A stretch of 64,000 nt of DNA, taken from positions 69,694 through 133,693 of the forward strand of contig JAHBXZ010000001.1 of assembly GCA_019636215.1 (NCBI GenBank). The letters are read 5' to 3'. Position 1 is the first letter of the stretch; each line of letters starts with the position of its first letter. Position numbers and translations under genes: made by a program. This document shows positions 36,174 to 45,294 of this stretch, one piece after another. The notes under the pieces were generated by a model, which did not search any database, was not told the DNA's origin, and was given only the letters and a program-made list of their open reading frames with translations. The DNA is from Planctomycetota bacterium (GTDB taxonomy: Bacteria > Planctomycetota > UBA8742 > UBA2392).

Positions 36174-36248
36174 GCGGGCGTAGCTCAGCGGTAGAGCTCC
36201 TGCTTCCCAAGCAGGTGGTCGAGGGTTCGAACCCCTTCGCCCGCTCCA
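36174..36248 (+). tRNA. tRNA-Gly (anticodon CCC)
   Basis: GCGGGCG acceptor stem pairs with CGCCCGC. D-arm GCTC/GAGC. Anticodon stem CCTGC/GCAGG with loop TTCCCAA. T-loop TTCGAAC. Ends in discriminator T then CCA. Confidence 0.85.
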
Positions 36249-36254
36249 GAAACC

Positions 36255-36290
36255 CGCCCCGGAAGCCACTTCCGGGGCGATCTTTTTTTC
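36255..36290 (+). terminator. rho-independent terminator after tRNA-Gly
   Basis: cgccccggaag-cca-cttccggggcg hairpin followed by atcttttttt. Confidence 0.7.
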
Positions 36291-36420
36291 TCACTCATTC
36301 AAGAGCTGCCAGTCAACCCTTCAGTCGACCCTAAAGGCCTATGGGTTGTCCGGCCCTCGATTTGATCAAGTCTGAGGCACCTATCGCAGCGGATATCTGC
36401 AGTGAGCGTGGGGTACCAAG

Positions 36421-37485
36421 TCATTGGTGGCGGCGCCAAGCCAATATTCTCTCCAACTGATCCTGTAGCGCTTGGATACTGAGTGGTTTTGTTTCAGCCT
36501 TTGAACGTTGGCGACGGGCTGAATCAGTTTTCGGTCGGCCGCGCTTGGACCTGGACTGTGCCTTGGCGCGCTGTTCTTCGTAGTCTTGGTAGTACTGCTG
36601 TTTCTGTGTTTGCCGGTGCAGGTAGGCCTTCTCCAACTCGGCAAGGCGGGCGGGCTCGTCTGTACTATGCAGCCAGTTGGCCAGATCCGGTTGCCGCCCA
36701 TCCGGCACAACCACAAACAGCCGCCCAGGTCCGACGATCAGCCACGCGTTCTTGCTGTAGGCCTGGGTCATCGGCTCGTCGTGGAAGAACCCGGTTAACA
36801 TGGCACCGAGTTCCGCAGAAACCGATGGACGGTCCGTGACTGGACGCGACTGCAGATTCAGGCCTCGTCCAATCGGGTACAGATAGCCCTTGAGGCCGGC
36901 GTGTCTTGTCGGCACAGCCCGCGAAATCAGCCCCCAGGATGTCACTTCGCCAATACAGCGGGGCGTCTGCCGCAATAGCCGATCAACGTGAGCCAGCAGT
37001 CGGGTCAGCTTGGGATCGCAAACTTCATCGCTGCGAGGTCTGTAGACGTCATCTCGCCACACGAAGATTGCCCTGCCCGACCGGGAACCAATCCTGGCGT
37101 CGAAGCTCGTGCACCAGGTGCCACTCAGCGCGGATCGCGGGACCGTTGAGGGCAGTGCACGACCTGGCAGGAACACCTTGCGGAGCCACACCGAAAACTG
37201 CGACGCAACCGATCCCCGCCGGCGGCCTGCCAGCCTTGCATAGTCCTTCTCGGTACGCCCTGTAGGACCCAGGAACAGTTTCAGCTCACGAACTTCGCCA
37301 ATCGCCAGGGCGGCCATGCGAGAGAAAACAAACGCGGCGGGTTCGGCCAGCTGCTTCAACTGGCTGTCGGTCAGGTCGTCCCTGCCGGCCAAGTGGGCCA
37401 ACTTTTTCAGTTCATTCGCCACGCTAAAGGCCCACTTTTGAGGCCTGCATGGTACGGGCGCAGCCGGGGCGGTGTCCACCGCCAC
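36421..37485 (-). CDS. hypothetical protein
   Basis: 354-aa ORF with a Lys/Arg/Gln-rich C-terminus. No motif recognised. No integrase signature. Confidence 0.35.
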   Translation of the reverse strand: MAVDTAPAAPVPCRPQKWAFSVANELKKLAHLAGRDDLTDSQLKQLAEPAAFVFSRMAALAIGEVRELKLFLGPTGRTEKDYARLAGRRRGSVASQFSVWLRKVFLPGRALPSTVPRSALSGTWCTSFDARIGSRSGRAIFVWRDDVYRPRSDEVCDPKLTRLLAHVDRLLRQTPRCIGEVTSWGLISRAVPTRHAGLKGYLYPIGRGLNLQSRPVTDRPSVSAELGAMLTGFFHDEPMTQAYSKNAWLIVGPGRLFVVVPDGRQPDLANWLHSTDEPARLAELEKAYLHRQTQKQQYYQDYEEQRAKAQSRSKRGRPKTDSARRQRSKAETKPLSIQALQDQLERILAWRRHQ

Positions 37486-37573
37486 TGATTCCGCGAAATT
37501 CAGCCCCGTTCAGCTTGAAAAAGTGGCCCTTGGCCACACTTTTGAGTTGGAGCCCTTGCCGTAGAGGAATCAC

Positions 37574-38812
37574 ATGGAACTCGCTACAGCCCCTCCTCTT
37601 TCAATGGAGGTAGCAAATTCTACCGAATTCCAACAAACCGTCGGTCTGACTGGGCGCGCCCAAGAGGTGCTTGCGGCGTTCCGAGCCTGTCGCGCATTGC
37701 TCGATCGCCACGCCTCGCCGGCAGAGGCCAAGCGGAAGGCCCGTGCATTGCGGATGCGTGGTTCCAGATCGTACCAGGGGCTCGGCAGCTGTTCGGATTG
37801 CGTTATCCGCGCCACTGATCATGGATTCGAGCCCGAACTCCAGCACTGCAACACCGCAGTGTGTCCGCGCTGTGCCCGCATAAAGGCCAAGTCTGTTGCC
37901 CGCAAGTACCGTCCTGCACTGACCGCAGCCATTCAGGACGGCCATCAACTTTCCCGCGTTACCCTGACCCAGATTCGGCACGCCAACGAAACGGCACTGG
38001 ATGCCTTGCAGCGCCTGCGTGCCTCACTACGCAAGTTCTGGAAACGTCTCGCCGGGAAAAGGCATAACGGCGGTCTTTGCTGTGCTGGCGCCCTGGTTGG
38101 CATCGAGATTGGCTGTTCTCGTAACAAGGGCTTCAATGCCCACGTCCATGTCATCTGGGTCGGTGAGACCCCGCAGGAAGCTGCCCTGCTCTCCGTGTGG
38201 GCATCTTGCAGCCCCAATGCCACCAGTGTCGATGTCCGCCCATTCGACATGCGCCTGCTGCCCTACGAGACAGATTGCAACCATCGCATGGACGACCTCG
38301 TTACGTACCTGATCAAGGGAACGCTTCACGTCGAAGACCACGCTAGCGATGCCGACGTTGACGCCTGGGCAGAGGCGGCCGAAGCGGTCTTTCGCGTCCA
38401 CAAGCTGACACCCCGCGGAATCCTGCATGGCAGCCATGGCGTGGCCAAGCGCAAGCGCGATGCCGATAGCGAACTAGCTGCGTCTGCAGTCAGCAGTGAC
38501 GACCTCTCCGGCTTTGAGTGCCCTCCGGAAGCCCAGCTTGAACAGCCCCAACCTGTCGCCCGCCCGGATTGGCTCCCGGCGAATCTGGCCGGCCTCATGT
38601 CGCGCCTGGAATCTGGCATCCGCCGGGGGCGAATGGACCCCACGTTTACTGCGCTTGTTGAGGCAGCCCAACAATTGCTGCCCAAGTACCTCAAGATCAC
38701 GCGCCACGTGTCAGCAGCGGCCGAGCGTCTGCGATACGCAAACCCAGCGGCGCATTCTCTGGCTGCTTCCGCTTCGCCGGTCACGGCGACCTTCCCCGGA
38801 GGCTACCAGTGA
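37574..38812 (+). CDS. rolling-circle replication initiator / HUH endonuclease (Rep-like) with zinc ribbon
   Basis: agagga RBS. Zinc ribbon CSDC...CNTAVCPRC. HUH motif FNAHVHVIWVG. YxxK motif DDLVTYLIKG. Confidence 0.55.
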   Translation: MELATAPPLSMEVANSTEFQQTVGLTGRAQEVLAAFRACRALLDRHASPAEAKRKARALRMRGSRSYQGLGSCSDCVIRATDHGFEPELQHCNTAVCPRCARIKAKSVARKYRPALTAAIQDGHQLSRVTLTQIRHANETALDALQRLRASLRKFWKRLAGKRHNGGLCCAGALVGIEIGCSRNKGFNAHVHVIWVGETPQEAALLSVWASCSPNATSVDVRPFDMRLLPYETDCNHRMDDLVTYLIKGTLHVEDHASDADVDAWAEAAEAVFRVHKLTPRGILHGSHGVAKRKRDADSELAASAVSSDDLSGFECPPEAQLEQPQPVARPDWLPANLAGLMSRLESGIRRGRMDPTFTALVEAAQQLLPKYLKITRHVSAAAERLRYANPAAHSLAASASPVTATFPGGYQ

Positions 38813-39231
38813 CGGCGATGGGGCACGTCGATCAACCGGCGCCTGCCGTGGTGATGGCCAAGGTTCTTGCGACGTCCGCGGCCTTGGCCGCGGCGTCTGC
38901 GGTGTCGCCTTTTGGACCGCTGCCTCTGGCGTTCAAGCTGCTGTGTCTTCTGCTCCAGTCTTTCCCACTGCTTCTCCAAGGCGGCCTCGCGCTCACGCCT
39001 TGCCAGGATCTTTGCGGCCTTGACTGCCTGGCGTGCCAGCTCTTCGTCGCGCCGGTCGCGGCTGAAGGCCTGCACCGTCTCGTCGCTGCCGCTAACGAAC
39101 CACTGGTTCGGCGCAACGGGGATTGGCAGTACTGCCGGGGTCAACACGACGGGTTGCGCCTGCGGGGTCTGCCTTGTCGGCTCGATCTGCTGTGCCTTCT
39201 CAGGAGGCTTGGCCTTCTTCTTCCAGAACAT
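38803..39231 (-). CDS. hypothetical coiled-coil protein
   Basis: 142-aa ORF with a Pro/Gln-rich N-terminus and a charged helical middle. The 3' end overlaps the Rep gene by 10 nt. Confidence 0.3.
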   Translation of the reverse strand: MFWKKKAKPPEKAQQIEPTRQTPQAQPVVLTPAVLPIPVAPNQWFVSGSDETVQAFSRDRRDEELARQAVKAAKILARREREAALEKQWERLEQKTQQLERQRQRSKRRHRRRRGQGRGRRKNLGHHHGRRRLIDVPHRRHW

Positions 39232-39234
39232 GCC

Positions 39235-40020
39235 CTACCCCCTTTCCCCGGCGCAGCGGTCGGCGTACTCGCAGCCCTGGCATTGCCAGTCACGACGGCG
39301 CGGGAACACACCCAAGGCGGTGGCGGCCTCGATCTCTCGCACGGCCTCGATCAACTCGGCGTGGTCGGCCTGGTCGCGCACCACCGGGTAGCGGATGAGC
39401 CTTGGCGACTTCGTGCGTGTGACAACCCAGTACTCGAAGTCCGCCGGCTTGCCATAGAGCCCGCGGGCACCGTGCAGGTACACCGTGGGCTGCAGGTCGA
39501 AGCGCAGCTTGTCCTCGCCAAAAGCCGTGGCGCTGGTCTTCAGGTCCACGACGAGAACGCTGCCGCTTTGTTCCAGGACCAGGTCCAGTACGCCCTCGAT
39601 CAACCGGCCCGGTTCCAGTTCGACCTCAAAGGCCCGTTCGACATCCAGCACGTGGATGTCCCTTGGAACCTCGGCCAGGAAGGTACCCAGCATCTCGTGG
39701 CCCTTGTTGTGCAGCTCTTCCCGGGTGGACTTGCCAAAGTCGACGGGGCAGCCGGCCTGCTGCTGAAACTCGATGCTGTCGACCAGTGCACGGTCAAAGG
39801 CCGCGAAGACCTCGTCGGTCAGGGGAGCCTCTCCCTGCTTCAGGCCGCGGAACAGCAGTTCTGCAGCCTCGTGAAAGGCCGTGCCAAGCAGCATCGTTGC
39901 GCTGACACGTTCCTCGGCGGCCTGGTCGATGTAGCGGTACTTGTGAAGCCTTGGGCAGCGCAGCCACGAGCTGAAGCGGCTGTAGCTGGTCTTGCTGCTA
40001 CCTGTCAGATGCATCTGCAT
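39235..40020 (-). CDS. PD-(D/E)xK nuclease, Cas4/RecB-like, with C-terminal Cys cluster
   Basis: N-terminal ...SRFSSWLRCPRLHKYRYI. Nuclease motifs VLDLVLEQSGSVLVVDLKTS (D...(V)DLK). C-terminal CQGCEYADRC is the Fe-S-type cysteine cluster. Confidence 0.6.
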   Translation of the reverse strand: MQMHLTGSSKTSYSRFSSWLRCPRLHKYRYIDQAAEERVSATMLLGTAFHEAAELLFRGLKQGEAPLTDEVFAAFDRALVDSIEFQQQAGCPVDFGKSTREELHNKGHEMLGTFLAEVPRDIHVLDVERAFEVELEPGRLIEGVLDLVLEQSGSVLVVDLKTSATAFGEDKLRFDLQPTVYLHGARGLYGKPADFEYWVVTRTKSPRLIRYPVVRDQADHAELIEAVREIEAATALGVFPRRRDWQCQGCEYADRCAGERG

Positions 40021-40097
40021 GTCCTTTCTGCCGGGGGGCCTGCCGTGCTCGGCAGACCCCCCTTGGCCTTATGAGTGGACCAACAATGGCGATTCAC

Positions 40098-40601
40098 TCA
40101 GGTGGCAACGTTGAGCTCATCAATCAGCGACCCGGCCTGTTGCTTGGTCAGGGCGTTGAGACTGAGGCCGCGCTCGGCCTGCAGCCACTGGCGGGTCTGT
40201 TCGGCGCTGAAGTTGCGCTTGCGTCTGGCCAACGAGAGCAGGAAGCCCACCTGCTTCTTGCTGGCGCCGACGTCACCGCCGCCATTGCGGCCCTGCTGGT
40301 CGTAACGGCGACCGTTGCCGTTGCTCGGCACGTGGCGGCTGGGCTGGCCGTTTCCACCGGGACTGGCCAGACGGTTGACCGGTTCCTGCACATTGCTGGC
40401 GGGCTTGGCCTTGTTGCGGATCTCCTCAGCCACGGCCTGCTTGAGGTCACCCCACAGCGAGTGCAGGGCAGCCCGCAGCGCGTCGGGGTGGCTGACCAGG
40501 TTGTCCGCGAGTTCAATCTCGGCCGTGGCGTGGAACGACTCTGAGCTGTACTCCTCGGGGCCTGGCACTTTGAGTCCATAGCTTGCGTGAATCTTGATCA
40601 T
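40098..40601 (-). CDS. hypothetical protein
   Basis: 167-aa ORF, Gly/Asn/Arg-rich middle. No motif recognised. Confidence 0.35.
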   Translation of the reverse strand: MIKIHASYGLKVPGPEEYSSESFHATAEIELADNLVSHPDALRAALHSLWGDLKQAVAEEIRNKAKPASNVQEPVNRLASPGGNGQPSRHVPSNGNGRRYDQQGRNGGGDVGASKKQVGFLLSLARRKRNFSAEQTRQWLQAERGLSLNALTKQQAGSLIDELNVAT

Positions 40602-40704
40602 GGGTAGTTGCCTTTGCTGTTGTTTTGAACGCGGGCGAGGGGGAGGGCTCCGGCCCGACCCCCGCCCGCCTCACCGTACGGTGGCGCCTGAAACCACAAG
40701 GTTC

Positions 40705-41595
40705 TCAGGCCCCGGAAAGAATCTCCTGCAACTCGTTCTGCGGCTTGCCCGAAGTCTTGGCGCGGCGACGCCGACGGCGGGGCGGCGCGCTGGCTGTTGA
40801 GGCCTCAGGCGTTGCTGCTACTGCCTGGTAAACACTCTGGACATCGGCCATCTCGGTCTCGGTGGGCAGGTCCTCACCATCCTCACCTTCGTCGCCCTCG
40901 GGTGCTGCCGGCGGGGCTGCTGGCTTGGCCGGGGGTGGCCCTGCAGGGGCTGCCTCGGGCTTCAACAGGGCCAGTTGGTCCGGCACATGTTCTTCAGGCT
41001 TGTCGACCTGCACGGGCATGCACAGGGCGCAGGTGCCGTCTTTGCAGCTCAGGCCGATGGCGCTCTGGTCGTCAATCAGGCGCAGGGTGACGACATCTTC
41101 GCTGGTGGCACCACGCAGGGCCTTCAGCGTGCGGATCAGCTGGTCCAGGTTGAGCGTGACCGCCAGGGCCGCGGCGTAGTCGGGGATGACGCTGGCCACA
41201 TCGGGGTAGACCCCGTCAACCTGGCGCAGGGTCATCGTCTGGGCGTTGCTGAGGTCTGTGGCGCCCAAGTTCATCGTTTCGCCGCGAATCTCGGCCTGCA
41301 GGAACTGCGTCACCGGCGGTGCAAAGCGTTTAGGCCTGCCCAGCATGGCCGCAGCCCTTGCTGCGTCTTCCGGGCTGACCAGGAAGGGTCCCGCCTGCGG
41401 CGGCGCGGTGCCAGGGTCCACTCCGTCGATCTGAGGGGCATCGGCGGGGTCAACCTCGGGGTACGGGGCGAACAGCAGGCTGTGGCCGTCGGTGCTGATC
41501 GCGCCACGGTGGGTCAACGCGATCGTGTTGAGGCTGTAGCGGCCACGGCTGGTGGCTGCCACATGATGCTTCAACTGGCTGGAACTCAGGAACAT
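40705..41595 (-). CDS. DNA polymerase III beta-clamp-like protein (tentative), acidic and Pro-rich C-terminal tail
   Basis: ATG at 41595 with a GGAGAG RBS. MFLSSSQLKHHVAATSRGRYSLNTIAL...TDGHSLLFA and ...DGVYPDVASVIPDYAAALAVTLNLDQLIRTLKAL resemble DnaN N-terminal and FPDYRRVIP-region patterns. ORF 40705-41715 extends upstream into the repeat. Confidence 0.4.
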   Translation of the reverse strand: MFLSSSQLKHHVAATSRGRYSLNTIALTHRGAISTDGHSLLFAPYPEVDPADAPQIDGVDPGTAPPQAGPFLVSPEDAARAAAMLGRPKRFAPPVTQFLQAEIRGETMNLGATDLSNAQTMTLRQVDGVYPDVASVIPDYAAALAVTLNLDQLIRTLKALRGATSEDVVTLRLIDDQSAIGLSCKDGTCALCMPVQVDKPEEHVPDQLALLKPEAAPAGPPPAKPAAPPAAPEGDEGEDGEDLPTETEMADVQSVYQAVAATPEASTASAPPRRRRRRAKTSGKPQNELQEILSGA

Positions 41596-41668
41596 AGGCT
41601 CTCCAATGAAAGGCGGCGACCATAGGGCCGCCGCGACGTTGAAACCCGCACCCGGACCATCCGGGCGC
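41543..41668. repeat. 126-bp direct repeat, copy 1 (native 5' region and first 19 codons of the clamp-like gene)
   Basis: ~90% identical to 49450-49576. Contains hairpins cccggaccatccggg and gcggcgRccatagggccgccgc, a GGAGRG RBS, an ATG and 19 codons (MFLSSSQLKHHVAATSRGR). Confidence 0.85.
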
Positions 41669-41811
41669 GTCCAATGCTGCTTACGGCGCTGTTTGAACTT
41701 GCGGCGCATCGCCACGTTGCTGCGGCAGCAGCAATCCGTGTCAGTTAGTCCTGAACCGGCCTATGGATTGTTTGAGAATAGGCCTCAGGACGGCCACGCC
41801 GATGCAGATCA

Positions 41812-44800
41812 TCACGCACCGGGCCGCTTCGCATTCTGGAGTTCCGCGCGCAGCCGGAACTCGTGCAAGCGACACATGACGACCGGGACCATGAACATGG
41901 ACAGTGCGTCAATCACCATGCCGCCAAAAATGGGCAGGGCCATGGGCTGCATCACGTCACTGCCGCGGCCTGTGGCCCACAGGATGGGCAGCAGGCCGAT
42001 GATGCTGGTCAGCAGCGTCATGAAGGCTGGGCGCACACGGCGGCTGCCGGCTTCTGTTACCAGGTCGCGTATGTCCTGTATCGTAGTGGGCGGCTTGCGC
42101 TGGCGCAGTTGCTCGATGTATGTGCCGACGACAACGCCGTCATTCAGTGCGACACCGGCCAGCACCAGGAAGCCGACGATCACCGCGACCGTCACGTAAA
42201 TCGGCGGGCCTTGGGCTTCACCCGTAAACAGGCTCTGCAGCCAGGGCCAGTAGCGCACCATCAGGGCGCCGCCGGCGAGGTTCAGCGGTAGCCCGGAAAA
42301 CACAATCAGCGTGTACGACCATTTGCGGAAGTGCAGGTAGAGAATCAGCAGGATCAGCGCGAGAATCACCGGCACGATCAACATCAACCGCTGATTGGTG
42401 CGCTGCTGTTCCTGGTACTGGCCGACCCAATTGAACGAGTATCCCTTGGGCCAGTGGATCTCCCGGCGCTCAATGGCCTGATGTAAGCGCTCCTCGACGC
42501 GGGCGATCAACCGGCTTTCGTCAATGCCGACCGTGTTGAACGTGACGTACCCGGCCAGCTTGCCGTTGGCGCCACGGATCTCCGAGGGACCAACAACATA
42601 CTCGATGTCGGCGATTTCCAGGATTGGCACCTGCGCCCCGCCGGGGGTTGCGACCAGGATGCGTTCGAGGTCTTCCAGCCGATCCCGCAGATCGCGCTCA
42701 TAGCGCAAACGCACGGGGTAGCGTTCGCGCCCTTCCACAGTAGTCGTCAGCTTTACACCGCCGAGGGCCGCTTCAATGGTGTCCTGCACCATCATCACCG
42801 AAAGACCGTAATGCTGCAGCCGGTCTCGGCGCAGGCGGTACTCAATGTACGGCTTTCCCCCCGTGCGCATGGCCACGACGTCGCCCGCGCCCTCGACCTG
42901 CTTGATGATTGGCTCCAGCGCCAGGGCAAGCTCCGCCAGCTCGTTGGCGTCGTCCCCCAGAATTTCAAGCCCGATCTGCGAACGGATGCCGCTGGAGAGC
43001 ATCACAACCCGGGTCTGGATGGGCTGCAGCCAGCTGGGTGCGGCGCCTTTCAGGCCGGTTACGCGCCGCAGTTCGGCAATCAGCTGCTTCTTGTCCATGC
43101 CCGGGCGCCACTGTTCCTTCGGCTTTAGCAGCACCACAGTCTCGATCATTCCAATGGGTGCCGGATCAAGTGCCGTCTCGGCGCGCCCCAGCTTCCCAAT
43201 CGCGTGGTCCACTTCCGGCACGGTCATTATCTGCTGCGTCTGCCATTCCATCACCCGCAGCGTTTCCGACAGGCTGGCCTGGGAGAGCAGGGAGGGCATG
43301 AACAGCAGAGAGCCCTCATCCAGCGGGGGCATGAATTCCTGGCCGAATCCGGGGTAATGTTCCTCCAGCGCTGCAATCGGCCGGATTCGCGCGGGGTCGC
43401 CGCCGGCGGCTTCAATTGGGGCCTTGATGGGCCACAGCACCGTGCCCGCACCGAAGGCCGCCATGGAGCCCAGCAGCATGCCCATGATTGCCAGCGCATA
43501 CAGCACCCGGCCACGGGCCAGAAAATGGCGCAGGACAGGACGGTAAATGCCGACCAGTGCGCGCGAGACAGGGTTAGATTCAATCGGGGTCAGCGGCTCG
43601 GCCCAGATACGCAGCACACCCAGTGCCGCCAGCAGGAATGCGGGGACCGCAATGAATGCCGCGTCCAGACCCAGCCAGGCTTCGACGTAGCTGTCGGCAC
43701 GCAGGACCACCCAGGCAACCAGCGCCCCCAGTCCAAGGGCGGCCACCCACTTCAATGTGGCGCCGAATCTGCGCTGGCGGGGGCTGAGTTCGCGCGCCCT
43801 GCGGCCGCCTATGAACATGTAACAAAGCACCGGCACCAGACAGACCGCCAGCAACAGTGAGGCGCTCAGGGTCAGGGTCTTGGTCCAGGCCATCGGGGCA
43901 AACATCTTGTAGCTCTGGCCTGTGAGGGCAAAGATCGGCACAAAGCTGATCACCGTTGTGGCCACGCTGGTGACAATCGCGCCCCCGACTTCCCGTGCGG
44001 CGTTGCCGACCACCTGAATCCGCGGACTTCTGCCCTTGTCGTCCAGCAACCCCAGGTAGATGGCCTCCGTCATGATGATCGCCATGTCGGCGATGTCGCC
44101 GATGGCGATGGCAATCCCACCCAGGCTCATGATGTTGCTGGAAACGCCAAACACCTGCATGCCGATGAAGCCCAGCAGCATGGCCAACGGAAACGTACTG
44201 GCCACGATCAGCGCGCTGCGGACATGCAGCAGGAAAATCAGAATGATCAGCGCCGTGACGATGACTTCTTCCAGCAGGGTGTCGCGCAGGGTGTCCAGTG
44301 TCTCCTGAATCAGTTCGGTGCGGTCGTAGAAGGGGGTGATCGTCACCCCTGGCGGCAGTGTTGGCTCCAGTCGCGCCAGTTCGGTCTTGACACTCGCTAT
44401 GACATCAAGCGGGTTGGCCCCAAAACGGATGGTCACGATACCGCCCACGCGTTCGCTGTTGCCGTCTGCCAGCGCCCCGCGCCGGAACTCCGGGCCTTGC
44501 TGGACACGGGCGACGTCCGACAGGCGCACAGGCACGTGGCCGTTTGACTTGACCACGACCTGCTCAAGGTCCGAGATGTGCTTGACGAAACCTACACCGC
44601 GTATGAGGAATTCGGACCCGCCCTGCTCCACGGCCTTGGCACCGACATCCAGGTTGGAGGCCCGGAGCGCGGCGACCACCTGCTCCAGCATGACGTCATG
44701 GGCGCGCAGGCGTTCAGGGTCAATTTCGACCTGGTACTCCCGAACAAATCCGCCGATGCTGGCCACCTCAGCCACGCCATCCACCTGCAACAGTGCGTAG

Positions 44801-45285
44801 CGCAGCGTGTAGTCCTGAATCGTGCGGAGCTCGGCAAGGTCATAGGGGCCGTCCAGCGTGTACATGTACACTTGACCCAGTGCCGTGGCGTCCGGGCCGA
44901 GTGTTGGCGTGACACCCTCTGGAAGGCTGGCCTGGGCCACGGCCATGCGTTCAAGTACACGCGCCCTGGCCCAGTAGATGTCCACGCTGTCTTCGAAAAT
45001 CAGGTAGACGCGGGACATACCGAATCCCGACATGGTGCGCACGTCTTCGACGCGCGGTACCGCCTGCAAGGCGCTGGCCAGCGGATAAGTCACCTGGTCT
45101 TCGACGTCCTGGGGGCTGCGGCCCATCCACTCAGTCGAGACAATCACCTGGTTTACGCTGATGTCCGGAATCGCGTCTTTTGGGTTGTCCAGCAGCGCCT
45201 TGAAACCAAACACGACCACGCCCGCAGTGGCGATCAGCACCAGCAGCTTCATGCGCAGACATTGTTCGATCAGCTTTCCAACCAC
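41812..45285 (-). CDS. CusA/CzcA family heavy-metal efflux RND permease
   Basis: 1157 aa. The N-terminus aligns with CusA (…LLVLIATAGVVVFGFKALLDNPKDAIPDISVNQVIVST…). 12 TM segments and large periplasmic loops. GTG start at 45285. Confidence 0.9.
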   Translation of the reverse strand: MVGKLIEQCLRMKLLVLIATAGVVVFGFKALLDNPKDAIPDISVNQVIVSTEWMGRSPQDVEDQVTYPLASALQAVPRVEDVRTMSGFGMSRVYLIFEDSVDIYWARARVLERMAVAQASLPEGVTPTLGPDATALGQVYMYTLDGPYDLAELRTIQDYTLRYALLQVDGVAEVASIGGFVREYQVEIDPERLRAHDVMLEQVVAALRASNLDVGAKAVEQGGSEFLIRGVGFVKHISDLEQVVVKSNGHVPVRLSDVARVQQGPEFRRGALADGNSERVGGIVTIRFGANPLDVIASVKTELARLEPTLPPGVTITPFYDRTELIQETLDTLRDTLLEEVIVTALIILIFLLHVRSALIVASTFPLAMLLGFIGMQVFGVSSNIMSLGGIAIAIGDIADMAIIMTEAIYLGLLDDKGRSPRIQVVGNAAREVGGAIVTSVATTVISFVPIFALTGQSYKMFAPMAWTKTLTLSASLLLAVCLVPVLCYMFIGGRRARELSPRQRRFGATLKWVAALGLGALVAWVVLRADSYVEAWLGLDAAFIAVPAFLLAALGVLRIWAEPLTPIESNPVSRALVGIYRPVLRHFLARGRVLYALAIMGMLLGSMAAFGAGTVLWPIKAPIEAAGGDPARIRPIAALEEHYPGFGQEFMPPLDEGSLLFMPSLLSQASLSETLRVMEWQTQQIMTVPEVDHAIGKLGRAETALDPAPIGMIETVVLLKPKEQWRPGMDKKQLIAELRRVTGLKGAAPSWLQPIQTRVVMLSSGIRSQIGLEILGDDANELAELALALEPIIKQVEGAGDVVAMRTGGKPYIEYRLRRDRLQHYGLSVMMVQDTIEAALGGVKLTTTVEGRERYPVRLRYERDLRDRLEDLERILVATPGGAQVPILEIADIEYVVGPSEIRGANGKLAGYVTFNTVGIDESRLIARVEERLHQAIERREIHWPKGYSFNWVGQYQEQQRTNQRLMLIVPVILALILLILYLHFRKWSYTLIVFSGLPLNLAGGALMVRYWPWLQSLFTGEAQGPPIYVTVAVIVGFLVLAGVALNDGVVVGTYIEQLRQRKPPTTIQDIRDLVTEAGSRRVRPAFMTLLTSIIGLLPILWATGRGSDVMQPMALPIFGGMVIDALSMFMVPVVMCRLHEFRLRAELQNAKRPGA

Positions 45286-45294
45286 TTATGCACC

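Noticed and set aside
36249-36420. Search for an att-type direct repeat of the tRNA-Gly 3' end marking an island boundary
   Set aside because: No second copy of the tRNA 3' 20-25 nt was found by eye anywhere downstream (41.7, 49.6 and 50.0 kb regions were checked), so an integrated-element boundary could not be defined.
38809-40074. 421-aa plus-strand ORF overlapping three minus-strand genes
   Set aside because: It is antisense to the coiled-coil and Cas4-like genes, which have clear motifs and RBSs, and it has Ala/Leu/Gly/Arg-biased, repeat-poor composition. High-GC artefact.
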